Shown: positions 48,701-58,742, numbered from the stretch's first letter. The stretch: 64,000 nt of DNA from an uncultured Gemmatimonadales bacterium (GCA_963741945.1 CAVUKA010000004.1:32001-96000); one strand, 5' to 3'. Notes: generated by a model not told the origin, from the sequence alone. Numbers and translations: made by a program.

Positions 48701-48912
48701 GCCACGGTCTCTTCCAGCACCGTGGGCTCCACGCCCGGATTCGACACGCCGGCCCGGATCTGCGGGTAGACGATGGTCGGCAGCAGGTCGAGTGGCAGCC
48801 CGCCGAGAAAGAACAGACCGAGCACGACCACCACCAATGTGATCATGAGCGTGCCCACCGGCCGCCGGATGGCCAGGCTGGGCAGACCGCGGAAGCGCCT
48901 GTGCTCCTTCAT
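45715..48912 (-). CDS. RND efflux transporter permease (AcrB/MdtC-like)
   Basis: GLLIDNSIVMLENI, FLPQVDDG, GIVVNNAILL, RLRPILMTT. Confidence 0.93.
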   Translation of the reverse strand: MKEHRRFRGLPSLAIRRPVGTLMITLVVVVLGLFFLGGLPLDLLPTIVYPQIRAGVSNPGVEPTVLEETVAKPLEAALATTENVTSMETEIQEGRVGVNLHFAYGTDIDFALQDAAKNLERARGALPEEANPPTVYKFDPSQMPVYEAGFSSPARDLISLRDWVEYRLRPQLLTIPGVASVDVAGGLVREIEVVLDQERLRHYGLTVSQVIDAIRAANQDVAAGYVASSTREVVGKTAGKFQTVADVRSVLLSPARGGRIPLSEVASVSDTHQEQRLWSRMNGVPAVQLSVRKQPNANTVKVAEQVQQRLESLTATGFVPGDIQYRTIQNQATFIRSSVRSVQSAALTGAFLAMLVVFLFLGSLRKTFIIGLAIPIAILATFIMMGLGHLTLNIMTLGGLALGVGLLIDNSIVMLENIFRHKEEGSEDPELAAHAGAAEVTSAVTASTATNLAAVVPFLLISGLAALIFRELILTISFAILGSLTVALTVVPMLSAQLGKIRFESGLEHWRPLVAFDNGMGRLRSFYRRIAPVAVRWRWAVLGGAVLALVGAFLMTRNLGNEFLPQVDDGNVGVYVAMQAGVSAQETNRVTLEVEDMVRQMPDVRTMFATAGGFLFGGSTAQRSGRGSITVVLAPVTERKISADEWVRELQQKVDARGFPGARIFVRPPRIRGLRTSMSGSPVELSIQGDDLNELRHVADEIVAMVRGVPGLANLEPSEEEATPQLSVQLDRERAAYLGLSVATVGQTLRTALDGTIASKFTAGNHEYDMRVMFPRDRFKSPEDLGGVALFPGAAGGAPIYLRDVATVNNTLGPTTILRVNQNRTFRLTGDVINEVASVGAVNDSIRARLAGLDLPEGYGIIYGGEAEAMRENNRQLAIVVMLAIFLVFVVMAVQYESVVNPFVILLAIPLSLIGVGLLLGITGTPLSAPVLLGVILLAGIVVNNAILLVEYTEQGRARGLSRAEAVVEAGAVRLRPILMTTLTTAFGMLPLALGIGQGSELMQPLALAVVGGLSVSTLLTLFVVPSAYMIFNTGAERLGLWLTGNRRDTAAALSLSATAEADAS

Positions 48913-50042
48913 CACGTCTCAGCCCTTCCCGCCTCGTCCGACACTACCCGCACCTTCACGCCGTCGCGCAGCATGTTGGCGCCCCGCGTCACCACCAGGT
49001 CGCCGGCCTCCAGTCCGGCCACCACCTGTACCTTGCCCTCCGAAGTGAGCCCGGTGGTGACCGTGCGGCGCACGGCCGTCCCGTCCTCCACTACGAACAC
49101 GGACTCCGACCCGACACCACCCACGAGCGCCGAGCCAGGGATCAGGAGGACGTCAGCGCGCGCGCCCAGAGCGAACGTGGCCCGGGCCAGGAATCCTGGC
49201 CTCGCCAGCCGGGCGTCCTCGCCCGTGAGCGCCACCTCCACCGGGACCAGACGGGTGGTGGGATCGCCACTCGGGAACACCCGGCGGATCCGGCCGTGGA
49301 AAGCGCGGTCGGGGAACGCGTCCAGCGCCAGCACCACCAGGTCTCCGGGGCCCAGGTCCACCACGTCCAGCTCGGACACGCCCACCCGCACCACCAGGGT
49401 GGACACGTCGGCCACGGTGAACAGCCGCGTCTGGGGCGAGACGAGGTCGCCCGCCTCCAGCCGCTTCTCCGTCACCACCCCTGCAATCGGCGACGCGATC
49501 CGGGCGTAGTCCACCCGGGTCTGGAGCTGCTCCAGCTGCGCTTTCGCCGCTGCCCGCGCCGTGCGCTCCCTCTCGAACTCCGGCAGCGTGATGACTCGCC
49601 GCTCCCACAGCTGCTGGGCACGACCGTAGGACGCCTCCGCCACCTGGAACGACGCGTCCGCCGCGGCGAGCTGGGCACGAAGCTCGGTGTCATCCACCCG
49701 GGCCAGCAGCTGCCCCGGCCGGACCACGTCGCCCTCCTGCGCCGCGACCACCCGAAGGACGCCCGAGAGCTGACTGTTGACTCCCACCGTCCGGATCGGC
49801 TCGATCACGCCGGAAACCGTGACCGAGCGCGAGATCGTGCCCTTGACCACGGGCGACGCCGACACCGCCACCACCCGGTCCCCGCCACCCGCTCCACCAG
49901 GCCCGCCCGCTCCCGGTCGACCGGGGCCACCCGGCCGCCCGGTGCCGGGCTCCGCCGCTTCGCTCCCACCGCACCCTGCCACCGCGGTCATCAGCACCAG
50001 GACCACGAGCCGGGTCATCGCCGGCCAACGTACCGATCGCAT
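48912..50042 (-). CDS. RND periplasmic adaptor (membrane fusion protein)
   Basis: Lipobox VAGC, EGDVVRPGQLLA, IASPIAGVV, GLEAGDLVV. Confidence 0.92.
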   Translation of the reverse strand: MRSVRWPAMTRLVVLVLMTAVAGCGGSEAAEPGTGRPGGPGRPGAGGPGGAGGGDRVVAVSASPVVKGTISRSVTVSGVIEPIRTVGVNSQLSGVLRVVAAQEGDVVRPGQLLARVDDTELRAQLAAADASFQVAEASYGRAQQLWERRVITLPEFERERTARAAAKAQLEQLQTRVDYARIASPIAGVVTEKRLEAGDLVSPQTRLFTVADVSTLVVRVGVSELDVVDLGPGDLVVLALDAFPDRAFHGRIRRVFPSGDPTTRLVPVEVALTGEDARLARPGFLARATFALGARADVLLIPGSALVGGVGSESVFVVEDGTAVRRTVTTGLTSEGKVQVVAGLEAGDLVVTRGANMLRDGVKVRVVSDEAGRAET

Positions 50043-50044
50043 CA

Positions 50045-51397
50045 CTACTGCTCCTCGCCGAGTCGTTCCCCGAGGATGGACTCCAGCCGCGCCATCGCGC
50101 CGCCGAGTCCCTGCCTCGCCCGTACCCCCGCCACCTGCGCTTCCGCCAGTGCCACCTGCGACGCCTGAAGCTCCAGGATCGTGGCCGCACCCATCGTGTA
50201 CCGCTCCTCCTGCACGCGCAGGTCTTCCTCCGCCAGCTCGACCGTACGATCGGCGACCTGGATCTGCCGCTCCGCCACTTCGAGATCCCGCACCGCACCT
50301 TCCACATCCACCCGCGCGGCCAGCCTGGCATCCCTGGCCGCGGCCTCGGCCGCACGCTCCTGCGCTGCCGCCCTCTGCACGCCCGCTTCCCGCTGCAGCC
50401 CGTTGAACAGCGGCAGCGACGCGGTCACCCGGAGGCTCCAGCTCTGCTGGGCCGGCGGGAAGTCATAGGAGAACCAGTCATAGCCGCCGCTCAGCCGCAC
50501 CACGGGGAGATAGGGCGTGTACGACGCCAGCCGGTCCGCGTGGCGACTCGCCCGCGCCGCTTCCGCCGCGACCACCGATGGCGACGACTGCGCCGCAGCG
50601 TGCACGAGCTCCTCGACGGACGGAAGCTCGGGCGCCTTCTCCGGCAGCGCCGATTCCGCCGCCCATACTTTCTCCGCCACGCCAATGGCGCGGCCCAGCT
50701 CCAGCGCCGCGTTCTCGAGTGCGGAGCGCGCTTCGAAAACGGCGAGGTCCGCGTTCTGGACCTCGATCTCCGCACGAAGAACGTCCGAGCGCGTGGCTGT
50801 CCCCACGTCGAACCGCTGCGCTGCGAACTCCTGCTGGTGCTTCGCTCGAGCGAGGCGCTGCTCCGCCACCCGCGCCAGGTCCCGCGCCGCTGCCGCCGCG
50901 TAGAATGTCAGCTTGGTCCGGTACGCCGACCCGAACGCCTGCTCCCGTTCACGCGCTTCCGCCGCCGCCACCCCCGCGCCAGCCGACCTCAGCTGCGCCA
51001 GCTTGCGACCCCCCGAGAAGACCTCGTACGACGCCTGCAGCTGGTTCGTGTAGCTCTGCGACACCAGTCGCCCCGAAGCCTGATCGAAACGCTGGTTGCT
51101 CGAGTTGCCGTAAACGCCGTTCGCGCTGAGCGACGGCAGTAGCGCCCCTCGCGCCTGGAGCCGGTCCGCACGCGCCATCGAGGCATTCGATGCCGCCGAC
51201 ACCACCAGCGGATCCACTGCCGCCGCGAGCTGCAGCGCCTCATCCAGCGTCACTGTACGGTGCCCGGCGGCCTGCCCGGCCGCCTCACCCGCGTCCTGCG
51301 CCCGCGCCACCCCGGGACTCGCGGCCAGCAGCGCGACCACCGCCAGCCACACGCGTCCCGCACGCCCGCGGCTGTGCGATGCCATGCTTTGCTTCAT
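50045..51397 (-). CDS. TolC-family outer-membrane efflux protein
   Basis: Signal peptide, VTLDEALQLA, LLPSLS, SLPLFNG, ERYTMGAATILEL; in an operon with MFP and RND. Start approximate. Confidence 0.88.
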   Translation of the reverse strand: MKQSMASHSRGRAGRVWLAVVALLAASPGVARAQDAGEAAGQAAGHRTVTLDEALQLAAAVDPLVVSAASNASMARADRLQARGALLPSLSANGVYGNSSNQRFDQASGRLVSQSYTNQLQASYEVFSGGRKLAQLRSAGAGVAAAEAREREQAFGSAYRTKLTFYAAAAARDLARVAEQRLARAKHQQEFAAQRFDVGTATRSDVLRAEIEVQNADLAVFEARSALENAALELGRAIGVAEKVWAAESALPEKAPELPSVEELVHAAAQSSPSVVAAEAARASRHADRLASYTPYLPVVRLSGGYDWFSYDFPPAQQSWSLRVTASLPLFNGLQREAGVQRAAAQERAAEAAARDARLAARVDVEGAVRDLEVAERQIQVADRTVELAEEDLRVQEERYTMGAATILELQASQVALAEAQVAGVRARQGLGGAMARLESILGERLGEEQ

Positions 51398-51501
51398 GCT
51401 TCTATTCTGATCGGGAATCCCGGCAGACCACCCACGTGAAGGATGACGCCCGAGCCATCCCGGACGTTGTGGTCCGTCGCACGACTGCACGGCCGCGCGC
51501 C

Positions 51502-54255
51502 CTACTTGCACTCGAACCAGCTCGTTCCCCGCCCCATTTCCACCTTCAATGGCACGTCCAGCTCGAACGCCCCTTCCATCTTCGTACGGACCAGCTCGGC
51601 CACGGCCGCGGAGCGCGCCTCAGGGACCTCGAACAGCAGCTCGTCATGGACCTGGAGCAGCATGCGCGTCCCGTCCCGCTCCTCCTCGAGTGCGCGGTGG
51701 ATGTCGATCATGGCGATCTTGATGATGTCCGCGGCGCTCCCCTGCACGGGGGCGTTCGTGGCCGCACGCTCACCGAACTGGCGGATGTTGTAGTTCTTGC
51801 TCTTCACTTCCGGGATGTAGCGCCTGCGCCCGGTCAGCGTCTCGACGAATCCTTCCTCGTACGCGCGCTCGATCTGGCGATCCAGGTAGCTGCGCACGTC
51901 GGGGAGCCGCTCGAAATAGTTCTCGATGAAGGTCTTCGCCTCCTGCACGCTGGTGCCCAGCTGCTTGGACAGGGCGTACGGGCCGATGCCGTAGATGGTG
52001 GCGAAGTTGATGGTCTTGGCCGCGTCCCTCATCCGCGGCGTCACCTGCTCCACGGGGACGTCGAACACGAGCGCCGCGGTCTGCCGGTGGATGTCCTCGC
52101 CGGCGCGGAACGACCGGACGAACGTTTCATCACCGGAGAGGTGGGCGAGAACGCGCAGCTCGATCTGCGAGTAGTCGGCCGACACGAACACGAACCCGTC
52201 CTCCGGCACGAACCCCTTGCGAAGCTCCGCGCCGACCTCGGTCCGGATCGGGATGTTCTGGAGGTTGGGGTCGGCGGACGAGAGCCGACCGGTGGCCGCC
52301 ACGGCCTGCTTGAAGCTGGTGTGGATCCGACCCGTCTCGGGAGAGACGAGCGGCGGCAGCGCGTCGACGTACGTGTTCTTCAGCTTGTCCAGCTGCCGGT
52401 ACTCGATGATGAGCGACGGGATACGGTGCCCCGATTCCGCGAGCTCCTCGAGCACCGACGCGTCCGTGGACGGCCCCGTCTTGGTCTTCTTGATGACCGG
52501 CAGCTGCAGCTTCTCGAACAGCACCTCCCGGAGCTGTGGCGTGGAGTTGATGTTGAACTCCTGCCCCGCTTCCTTGAAGATCTCTTCCTGGATCAGCGCC
52601 AGGTCCCGGTCCAGCTTCTTCGATACGGTGCGGAAGAAGTCCACGTCGATGCGGATACCGGCCGTCTCCATGTCCGCCAGCACGCGTTCCAGCGGCATCT
52701 CGACGTCACGGTACAGCCGCTCCAGGCGGTACTGGTCGAGCTGCGGCTCCAGCCGCGCCCGCAGCCGCAACGCCATGTCCGCCTTCTCGCACGCGAAGTC
52801 CCGTACCGCGTCCACCCCGCACTCCGCCACCGGTGACGCGCTCCGCCCCTTGCCGCACAGGTCTTCGTACGTGGTCGGGCTGTGGCCCAGGTGCTGGAGC
52901 GCCAGCGAATCCAGCTCCTGGTCCCGTCGCCCGGGCTCCAGCAGGTAGCTCGCGAGCATGACGTCGAAGCTCAGCCCCCGGAGCGGCACGCCCGCCCGCC
53001 GGAGCGCCAGCAGCGTGTACTTCAGATCATGGCCCGTCTTCTCCACGCCCGGGTCCTCGAGCAGCTCCACCACCGACCGCATGGCGGGCGCGTTGAGCCC
53101 GGGGAGGTTGAGCCCGCCGTGGTCGCCCAGGTCCAGCTCGCCGGGGCGACGATGGGACAGCGGCAGGTAGGCCGCCTCCCCGGCCTTCGTCGCCAGCGCC
53201 AGTCCCACCAGCTCGCCCCGCAGCGCGCTGGTCGCGGACGTGGACACCGCCCACACCGCGACCGTGTCCGCCTGACGCGCAGCCGCCGCGAGACGCGCCG
53301 CTTCGTCCGGCGAGCGCACCAGCCGATACCGCCCTTCCAGCTTCGCCGTCTCCGGCTCGGGCGCGGCGATCTCCCGCACCAGGCCGTGGAACTCCAGCTC
53401 CACGAACAGCTCCTTCAGCCGCTCGCGGTCCGGCTCCGTGACCTTGAGCGCCTCCAGGTCCAGCTCCACCGGGAGCTCCTCCTTGATGGTCACCAGCTCC
53501 TTCGACAGCCGCACCGCGTCCGCGTGCTCCAGCAGCGCTTCCCTCGCCCGCTTCCCGCTGATCCCCTCCGCGGCATCCAGGATCGCCTCCACGCTGCCGT
53601 GCTCCGCGATGAGCTTCAACGCCGTCTTCGGCCCGATCCCGCGCGCGCCCGGCACGTTGTCGGAGCTGTCGCCGATGAGTGCCAGGTAGTCCCGCACGCG
53701 CTCCGGCGGCACCCCCAGCCGCTCTGCCGCGTTGCGCGTGTCCACCCACTCCTCGTCCACGGCGGCCTGCCCCCCACGGCCCGGGTTCAGGAGCGACACG
53801 CCGGGACGGATCAACTGGTAGAAGTCCTTGTCGCCGGACACGATGACGCTGTCCACGCCCGCGGCATCGGCCAGCCGGCACAGCGTGCCGATGACATCGT
53901 CCGCCTCGTGGTCGGCAAGCCGGAGCACCGGGATACGGAACGCTTCCAGCAGCGCCTCGATCCGCGGCAGCGATGCGCGCAGCTCGTCCGGCATCTTCTC
54001 GCGCGTGGCCTTGTACTCCGGGTAGAGCTCCGTGCGCGCGCTGGTGCCGGCGTCCAGCACCACGCCCAGATAGTCCGGCTCGTGGTCGGAACGGAGCTTA
54101 AGCAGGAATCGTGTGAGCCCGAACGCCGCCGACGTGTTCTCCCCCCTGGAAGTGGTCAGGGGCCGGCTGATCATGGCGAAAAACGCCCGATAGATCAGGG
54201 CATAGCCATCAATGAGGAACAGTCGCGGGCGGGTCTTTTCCGGCGTATCAACCAT
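51502..54255 (-). CDS. polA: DNA polymerase I
   Basis: LIDG 5'-3' exonuclease domain, EADDVIG, GDSSDNVPG, TGRLSSADPNLQNIP, ADYSQIELR, AKTINF, QVHDEL. Confidence 0.97.
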   Translation of the reverse strand: MVDTPEKTRPRLFLIDGYALIYRAFFAMISRPLTTSRGENTSAAFGLTRFLLKLRSDHEPDYLGVVLDAGTSARTELYPEYKATREKMPDELRASLPRIEALLEAFRIPVLRLADHEADDVIGTLCRLADAAGVDSVIVSGDKDFYQLIRPGVSLLNPGRGGQAAVDEEWVDTRNAAERLGVPPERVRDYLALIGDSSDNVPGARGIGPKTALKLIAEHGSVEAILDAAEGISGKRAREALLEHADAVRLSKELVTIKEELPVELDLEALKVTEPDRERLKELFVELEFHGLVREIAAPEPETAKLEGRYRLVRSPDEAARLAAAARQADTVAVWAVSTSATSALRGELVGLALATKAGEAAYLPLSHRRPGELDLGDHGGLNLPGLNAPAMRSVVELLEDPGVEKTGHDLKYTLLALRRAGVPLRGLSFDVMLASYLLEPGRRDQELDSLALQHLGHSPTTYEDLCGKGRSASPVAECGVDAVRDFACEKADMALRLRARLEPQLDQYRLERLYRDVEMPLERVLADMETAGIRIDVDFFRTVSKKLDRDLALIQEEIFKEAGQEFNINSTPQLREVLFEKLQLPVIKKTKTGPSTDASVLEELAESGHRIPSLIIEYRQLDKLKNTYVDALPPLVSPETGRIHTSFKQAVAATGRLSSADPNLQNIPIRTEVGAELRKGFVPEDGFVFVSADYSQIELRVLAHLSGDETFVRSFRAGEDIHRQTAALVFDVPVEQVTPRMRDAAKTINFATIYGIGPYALSKQLGTSVQEAKTFIENYFERLPDVRSYLDRQIERAYEEGFVETLTGRRRYIPEVKSKNYNIRQFGERAATNAPVQGSAADIIKIAMIDIHRALEEERDGTRMLLQVHDELLFEVPEARSAAVAELVRTKMEGAFELDVPLKVEMGRGTSWFECK

Positions 54256-54366
54256 CGCGTGCTCGGTTCGGGGTCAGATACGGCATGTTACCCCCCACGC
54301 CCGCTCGGGTGCAATGAACCCCGATCGTCGCGTCATTCCGCGGTCTCCACGCCGATTCCCGCGCAC

Positions 54367-54401
54367 AAAGAAGCCGCCCCGCCAGCTGGTGGCGGGGCGG
54401 C
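54367..54401 (-). terminator. Rho-independent terminator of the csp gene
   Basis: GCCGCCCCGCCA / TGGCGGGGCGGC stem followed on the minus strand by TTCTTT. Confidence 0.75.
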
Positions 54402-54432
54402 GATCATGTCGTTGGGGTTCGGAGACTTCAGC

Positions 54433-54642
54433 TCAGGTGGCCAGCTGTCGCTGCACGTTTGTGGCTTGAAGCCCCTTGTCGGTCTGACGGACCTCGAAAT
54501 CGACTTCCTCGCCCTCAGTCAGCGTCTTGAAGCCTTCCATGGTGATCGCCGAGAAATGGACGAAGACGTCCTCTCCATCCGATTGCTCAATGAACCCGTA
54601 GCCCTTCGAGTCATTGAACCATTTCACCCTGCCCTTGAGCAT
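54433..54642 (-). CDS. Cold-shock protein (CspA family)
   Basis: [38 protein letters not shown]. Confidence 0.95.
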   Translation of the reverse strand: MLKGRVKWFNDSKGYGFIEQSDGEDVFVHFSAITMEGFKTLTEGEEVDFEVRQTDKGLQATNVQRQLAT

Positions 54643-54719
54643 GAAACTGACCTCCTAACAAGGGTACCTCTCGCCTGATGCGCCAGCATCGCCAAAATAT
54701 GCGCGCTCGGACAGCACCG

Positions 54720-55322
54720 TCAAGAAAAACCTCCCATCGCGGAAAGCCAGATCGCCCCCAGAATGCCCGCCGCGGAAACGAGTGGGAGGAAGAGGTTGTC
54801 GTCCACCGGAAAGGTGGGCGCCTCGAGGAGTGTGGCGATGAAGGCCGCCATCGCGGCCGTCCCCGGTCCCACGCCCGCCACTCCCATCACCAGGGCCCAC
54901 GCCACCACGAAGAACACCACGCTCCCCTCCAGGCTCTTCCCGCCGGGATAGCGCATCCGCCCGAAGCGCTTGCCCACGACCGCGGCCAGGGCGTCGGCGA
55001 TTCCCGTGACGAGAATGGCGGTGACCGCCACGACGGCTGGGAAGAACGCAGCGGTCAGCGCGTAGCCGAGAGCCAGCGTAGCGGCGCCGGTGATGCGGCG
55101 ATGCTCGGCGGGCCGAAGGAGCACACCCAGGCGTCGCTCGAACCAGGCGTTGAAGGGAGCGTGCAGCTGCCGGGTGAGCTCGACGCCGACCGCCACGCCC
55201 GCGGCCACGGCCAGGGTGATGGCGCCAATGGGCCGCGGCAATCCCCACACGCACGCTGCGGCGGCCAGCGACGAGGCGGCATGAATGAGCTTCCGGAGAG
55301 CTTCGCCACGCGCGTCGAGCAT
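54720..55322 (-). CDS. Dolichol/phytol kinase-like membrane protein (SEC59/VTE5/DGK1 family)
   Basis: LRKLIH, ITGA, ADALAAVVGKRFG, KSLEGS, DDNLFLP. Confidence 0.82.
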   Translation of the reverse strand: MLDARGEALRKLIHAASSLAAAACVWGLPRPIGAITLAVAAGVAVGVELTRQLHAPFNAWFERRLGVLLRPAEHRRITGAATLALGYALTAAFFPAVVAVTAILVTGIADALAAVVGKRFGRMRYPGGKSLEGSVVFFVVAWALVMGVAGVGPGTAAMAAFIATLLEAPTFPVDDNLFLPLVSAAGILGAIWLSAMGGFS

Positions 55323-55330
55323 GGGCCCCG

Positions 55331-57727
55331 TCAGTCGGCGCTGGCCTCCACGGGCTCGCCCGGTCCCCCCTCGATATCCGGGTAGAGCGCCCGGTAGAGG
55401 GCCCGGTGGAGGAGCACGCGACGGATGTAGTCCCGCGTCTCGGAGTACGGGATCCGCTCGGAAAGGAGCTCCAGGTCGACGTGCTCGGGGAGCTTCTGCC
55501 ACGCCACTGCCCGGTTCGGCCCCGCGTTGTACGCCGAGAGGACGAGCGGGAGCTGACCGTTGAACCGCCCCATGAGCTCCTTCACGAACCGGACCCCGAG
55601 GTGAACGTTGACTTCCGGCTCCTTCAGGAGCGAGGTCTCGAAGTCTTTCAGCCCGGCGGCGCGGGCGAGCCCCCGCCCCGTCGACGGCATGATCTGCATC
55701 AGCCCGATGGCCCCCGCGCCGCTGGAGATCTCGGGGTTGAATGCAGATTCCTGCCGGATGAGGCCGGCTACCAGAGAGGGGTCCAGGTCCTGCTCTCGCG
55801 CTTCGGGGACCACGATGTTCCGGAACGGGAACGGGTAGACGATCCGGAGCAAGCGGGGGTTCCACTGCCCCTCACGCTGCCGGAGGTCCCAGCCCATGGC
55901 GATGCCCGTGAGGGTGTAGCCGCGGCGGTTCAGCGCTTCCGCCAGGGCGTACTCCCCCGAGATCTCGCCGGAGAAATGGCGCCTCAGCTGCGACACTTCG
56001 CGGACCAGATCATCACGCAGATCGAGCGCCGCAAGCAGGTCCACTCGCCGCAGCGCCAGCCGAACGAGGGAGTCGGCCCGCTCGCTCTGCGGCGGCTCTG
56101 GCGACATGGGGATCCCGAGCACACTCTCCCCGAGCAGCTCCGCGGCGCGCGCGCCGTAGAACGATAGCGGGTCCTGGCGACGCAGCGCTCGCAGCCGCTC
56201 CTCGGCCAGCGAGTCTCGTCCCAGCCTCTCGTACATCCGGGCCGCCCAGTACGTGGCCTGATCGGCCCGGCGGCCATTCGGGAACGAGCGGAGATAGTTC
56301 TCGAAGATGGTGGCCGCCTTGGCGTACGACCCGTCCATGATCTCCAGGTCGGCCAGCCGCATGCGGGCGAGCCCCGCCTCGTACAGATCCGGCGCCGCCG
56401 CGGCCGCTCGGCGGTAGTATTCCTTCGCCTCGTCCAGCTCGAGGGCATCGTGTTTCAGGTCGGCCAGCAGGAACAGCCCCCGGGCCGTCGCTTCCTGGTC
56501 CGGATAGCGCTCGGCCAGCCGGAGGAACGTCTTCTGCCCCGTCGTCGAGCGCCCCTGACGGTACTGCGCGCGCCCCGCCAGGTACAGCGCCTCGGCCGCC
56601 ACTGGCGCATTCTCGGCCGCCGTGCCGGCCAGCGCCAGCAGCAGCCGCTCCGCTTCCGGGTAGTGCCCACCATTGAACAGGGCACGTCCGAGCTGGAGTC
56701 GGACGCCCAGCCGGTCCGCGCCCGCACTTTCACCCGAGTCGAGGAAGTGGCCGAACGCTTCCGCCGCCCGCGACGCATTGCCGTGTCGCAGGTAGATCTC
56801 ACCGATCCGTCGCCACTCTCCGCTCGATGGATTCAGCCCGCTCAGCCCCCACGCCGCGTCCACGGCTCCCGTTGTGCCCGGCGCCCCCGCCATGGCATTG
56901 AGGAACGCTTCCCTGGCGCGGGCCGTGTCGCCCCCCTCCAGCCGCAGCTTGCCCAGCGCGGACCACGCTTCCGCTCGGTCCCCGCTCGCGTCCGCGGCCC
57001 TCGCCGCGTCCAGCGCCACCCTGCGCGCCAGCATGTTGTCGTCCGCACGGGTGGCCGCATCCAGCCGGATCCGCCAGCCCCGGTCCCGCGCCAGCCAGGA
57101 GGAGACGTCCCGAAGGCGATGCTCGACCTGCGCGGTGTCGCCCGCGCCCGCGGCCGCGCGCGCCGCGAAGAGGGATGCCCAGTCACCGAACCACGGGACG
57201 AGCGCCCGGGCACTGTCGAACGCGCTGAGCGCGGCGTCCGTTTCGCCCGCGCGCGTCAGCGCCAGCCCCCGACGGAGCTCCGCCACACCTGCCACGGAAT
57301 CTCCCGGCGCCACGCTCAGGTAGCGGGACAGCGCCTCGCCCGCGGCCGCGAAGCGACCCTCCCGCACGCGGGATCGGCCGAGCAGGCTCCAGCCGGCGCC
57401 GTTCTCCACCGTGTCCAGCCAGTCCCGCCCCTCCAGCAGCCGTGAGACCGACGCCCAGTCGCCCCAGCCAGCGCTGAGCCGTGAGGCGAACAGAATGGTC
57501 GTCGGCGCGGTGTCCGCCGCCGCCCGAAGGTGCTCCGCCAGCAGCCGGCTCGCCCGCCAGAAGCGCCCACGCTTCGCGGCCTCCCGGACGGGGCCCGGGA
57601 TCTCGGGCGCCGACGTATCCGCCACCGGGGTCCCCGGTGTCCGGGCATGGGCACCGCCGTGCGCCAGCCGCGAGGGGAGCGCGGCTGCAAGGACGAACAG
57701 GACGACCAGCGCGGGATTTCGGCTCAT
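55331..57727 (-). CDS. Soluble lytic murein transglycosylase with TPR-like repeats
   Basis: Signal peptide; TPR-like helices; IRQESAF, GAIGLMQIMP, AYNAG, ETRDY. Confidence 0.92.
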   Translation of the reverse strand: MSRNPALVVLFVLAAALPSRLAHGGAHARTPGTPVADTSAPEIPGPVREAAKRGRFWRASRLLAEHLRAAADTAPTTILFASRLSAGWGDWASVSRLLEGRDWLDTVENGAGWSLLGRSRVREGRFAAAGEALSRYLSVAPGDSVAGVAELRRGLALTRAGETDAALSAFDSARALVPWFGDWASLFAARAAAGAGDTAQVEHRLRDVSSWLARDRGWRIRLDAATRADDNMLARRVALDAARAADASGDRAEAWSALGKLRLEGGDTARAREAFLNAMAGAPGTTGAVDAAWGLSGLNPSSGEWRRIGEIYLRHGNASRAAEAFGHFLDSGESAGADRLGVRLQLGRALFNGGHYPEAERLLLALAGTAAENAPVAAEALYLAGRAQYRQGRSTTGQKTFLRLAERYPDQEATARGLFLLADLKHDALELDEAKEYYRRAAAAAPDLYEAGLARMRLADLEIMDGSYAKAATIFENYLRSFPNGRRADQATYWAARMYERLGRDSLAEERLRALRRQDPLSFYGARAAELLGESVLGIPMSPEPPQSERADSLVRLALRRVDLLAALDLRDDLVREVSQLRRHFSGEISGEYALAEALNRRGYTLTGIAMGWDLRQREGQWNPRLLRIVYPFPFRNIVVPEAREQDLDPSLVAGLIRQESAFNPEISSGAGAIGLMQIMPSTGRGLARAAGLKDFETSLLKEPEVNVHLGVRFVKELMGRFNGQLPLVLSAYNAGPNRAVAWQKLPEHVDLELLSERIPYSETRDYIRRVLLHRALYRALYPDIEGGPGEPVEASAD

Positions 57728-57740
57728 GTCTTCCAGGGAG

Positions 57741-57756
57741 TGCAACTGTCGGGCCC
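57741..57756 (-). promoter_or_regulatory. Putative sigma54 promoter of the SLT gene
   Basis: Minus strand GGGCCCGACAGTTGCA, GG-N10-GC, 14 nt before the ATG. Confidence 0.45.
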
Positions 57757-57867
57757 GGTAGCTCGTTGCGGCCGCGCCGCGACGGCGCCAGGCCACCCTC
57801 ATGGGAGGGTACACCGTTGCGCCGCGGAAGCGCCACCGCCCGGGGGCAGAGCAGCCGACGGGGGGGG

Positions 57868-57901
57868 AACGAAAGGAGGCCACCCCGCGGGGTGGCCTCC
57901 T
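57868..57901 (-). terminator. Rho-independent terminator after exbB
   Basis: AGGAGGCCACCCC / GGGGTGGCCTCCT stem followed on the minus strand by TTCGTT. Confidence 0.75.
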
Positions 57902-57933
57902 GGAAGAACGTGGCCGTGTCGCGTCCTGTTACG

Positions 57934-58647
57934 TCACGCCCTCGCGCCCGCCTCGATCTCCTGCAGCGTATCGATCATCTTCTGCGCCGACTCCTCCATG
58001 TCGATGACCAGCCGGTCAACCTTCGTCACGAAGTAGTTGTGCATGATGTTCATCGGGATCGCGATCGTCAGCCCGGCCGCGGTCGTGATCAGGGCGACCT
58101 TGATGCCGCCCGCCACCAGCGTGGCCTCCACCTCGCCCGCCGCCTCGATGTTCTGGAACGCCTGGATCATCCCGATCACGGTTCCGAGGAACCCGAGAAG
58201 CGGCGCCACGTTCGCGATCGTCGCGAGCCACACCAGCCCGCTCTCGAGCCCGGCCATCTGGATCAGGCCGACGTTCTCGATCGCCTTCATGACACGCTCG
58301 GTGCCCTCACCGTGCCGCTCCAGCCCGGCCAGAAGGATCCGCCCCGCCGGCGTATTGGACTCCCGCGCGGCTTTCAGCGCGCCCGGGACATCCCGCTTCG
58401 CCAGCCGCTCATCCACCTCACGCAGCACTTTGCGCGTGCGCGCCCCCGTGATGCCGAGGTCGATCAGCTTCCAGATAATGACCCCGAGCCCCAGCACGGC
58501 GGCCGCGCCCAGCGGCCACATCATCCAGCCGCCATCCTGCCAGATGGAAACCGCCCACTCCGAGAAGGACAGGTCTGGACCTTCCATTCCCGGAATCTGC
58601 AGCATCGCGAGGTTCAGGAACGTGACTCCGCTCAAGTTCGCCTCCAT
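57934..58647 (-). CDS. MotA/TolQ/ExbB proton channel protein
   Basis: GGWMMWPL, APLLGFLGTVIGMIQAF, GGIKVALITTAAGL. Confidence 0.92.
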   Translation of the reverse strand: MEANLSGVTFLNLAMLQIPGMEGPDLSFSEWAVSIWQDGGWMMWPLGAAAVLGLGVIIWKLIDLGITGARTRKVLREVDERLAKRDVPGALKAARESNTPAGRILLAGLERHGEGTERVMKAIENVGLIQMAGLESGLVWLATIANVAPLLGFLGTVIGMIQAFQNIEAAGEVEATLVAGGIKVALITTAAGLTIAIPMNIMHNYFVTKVDRLVIDMEESAQKMIDTLQEIEAGARA

Positions 58648-58742
58648 TCACACAGCTCGAGTCACCCGTCCCTCGGGCGACCAGCGCCGTATCCTACGTT
58701 ACGGTAAGGGAACGAGCAAGGTAGAGAGCACCTCTCGAGGTG

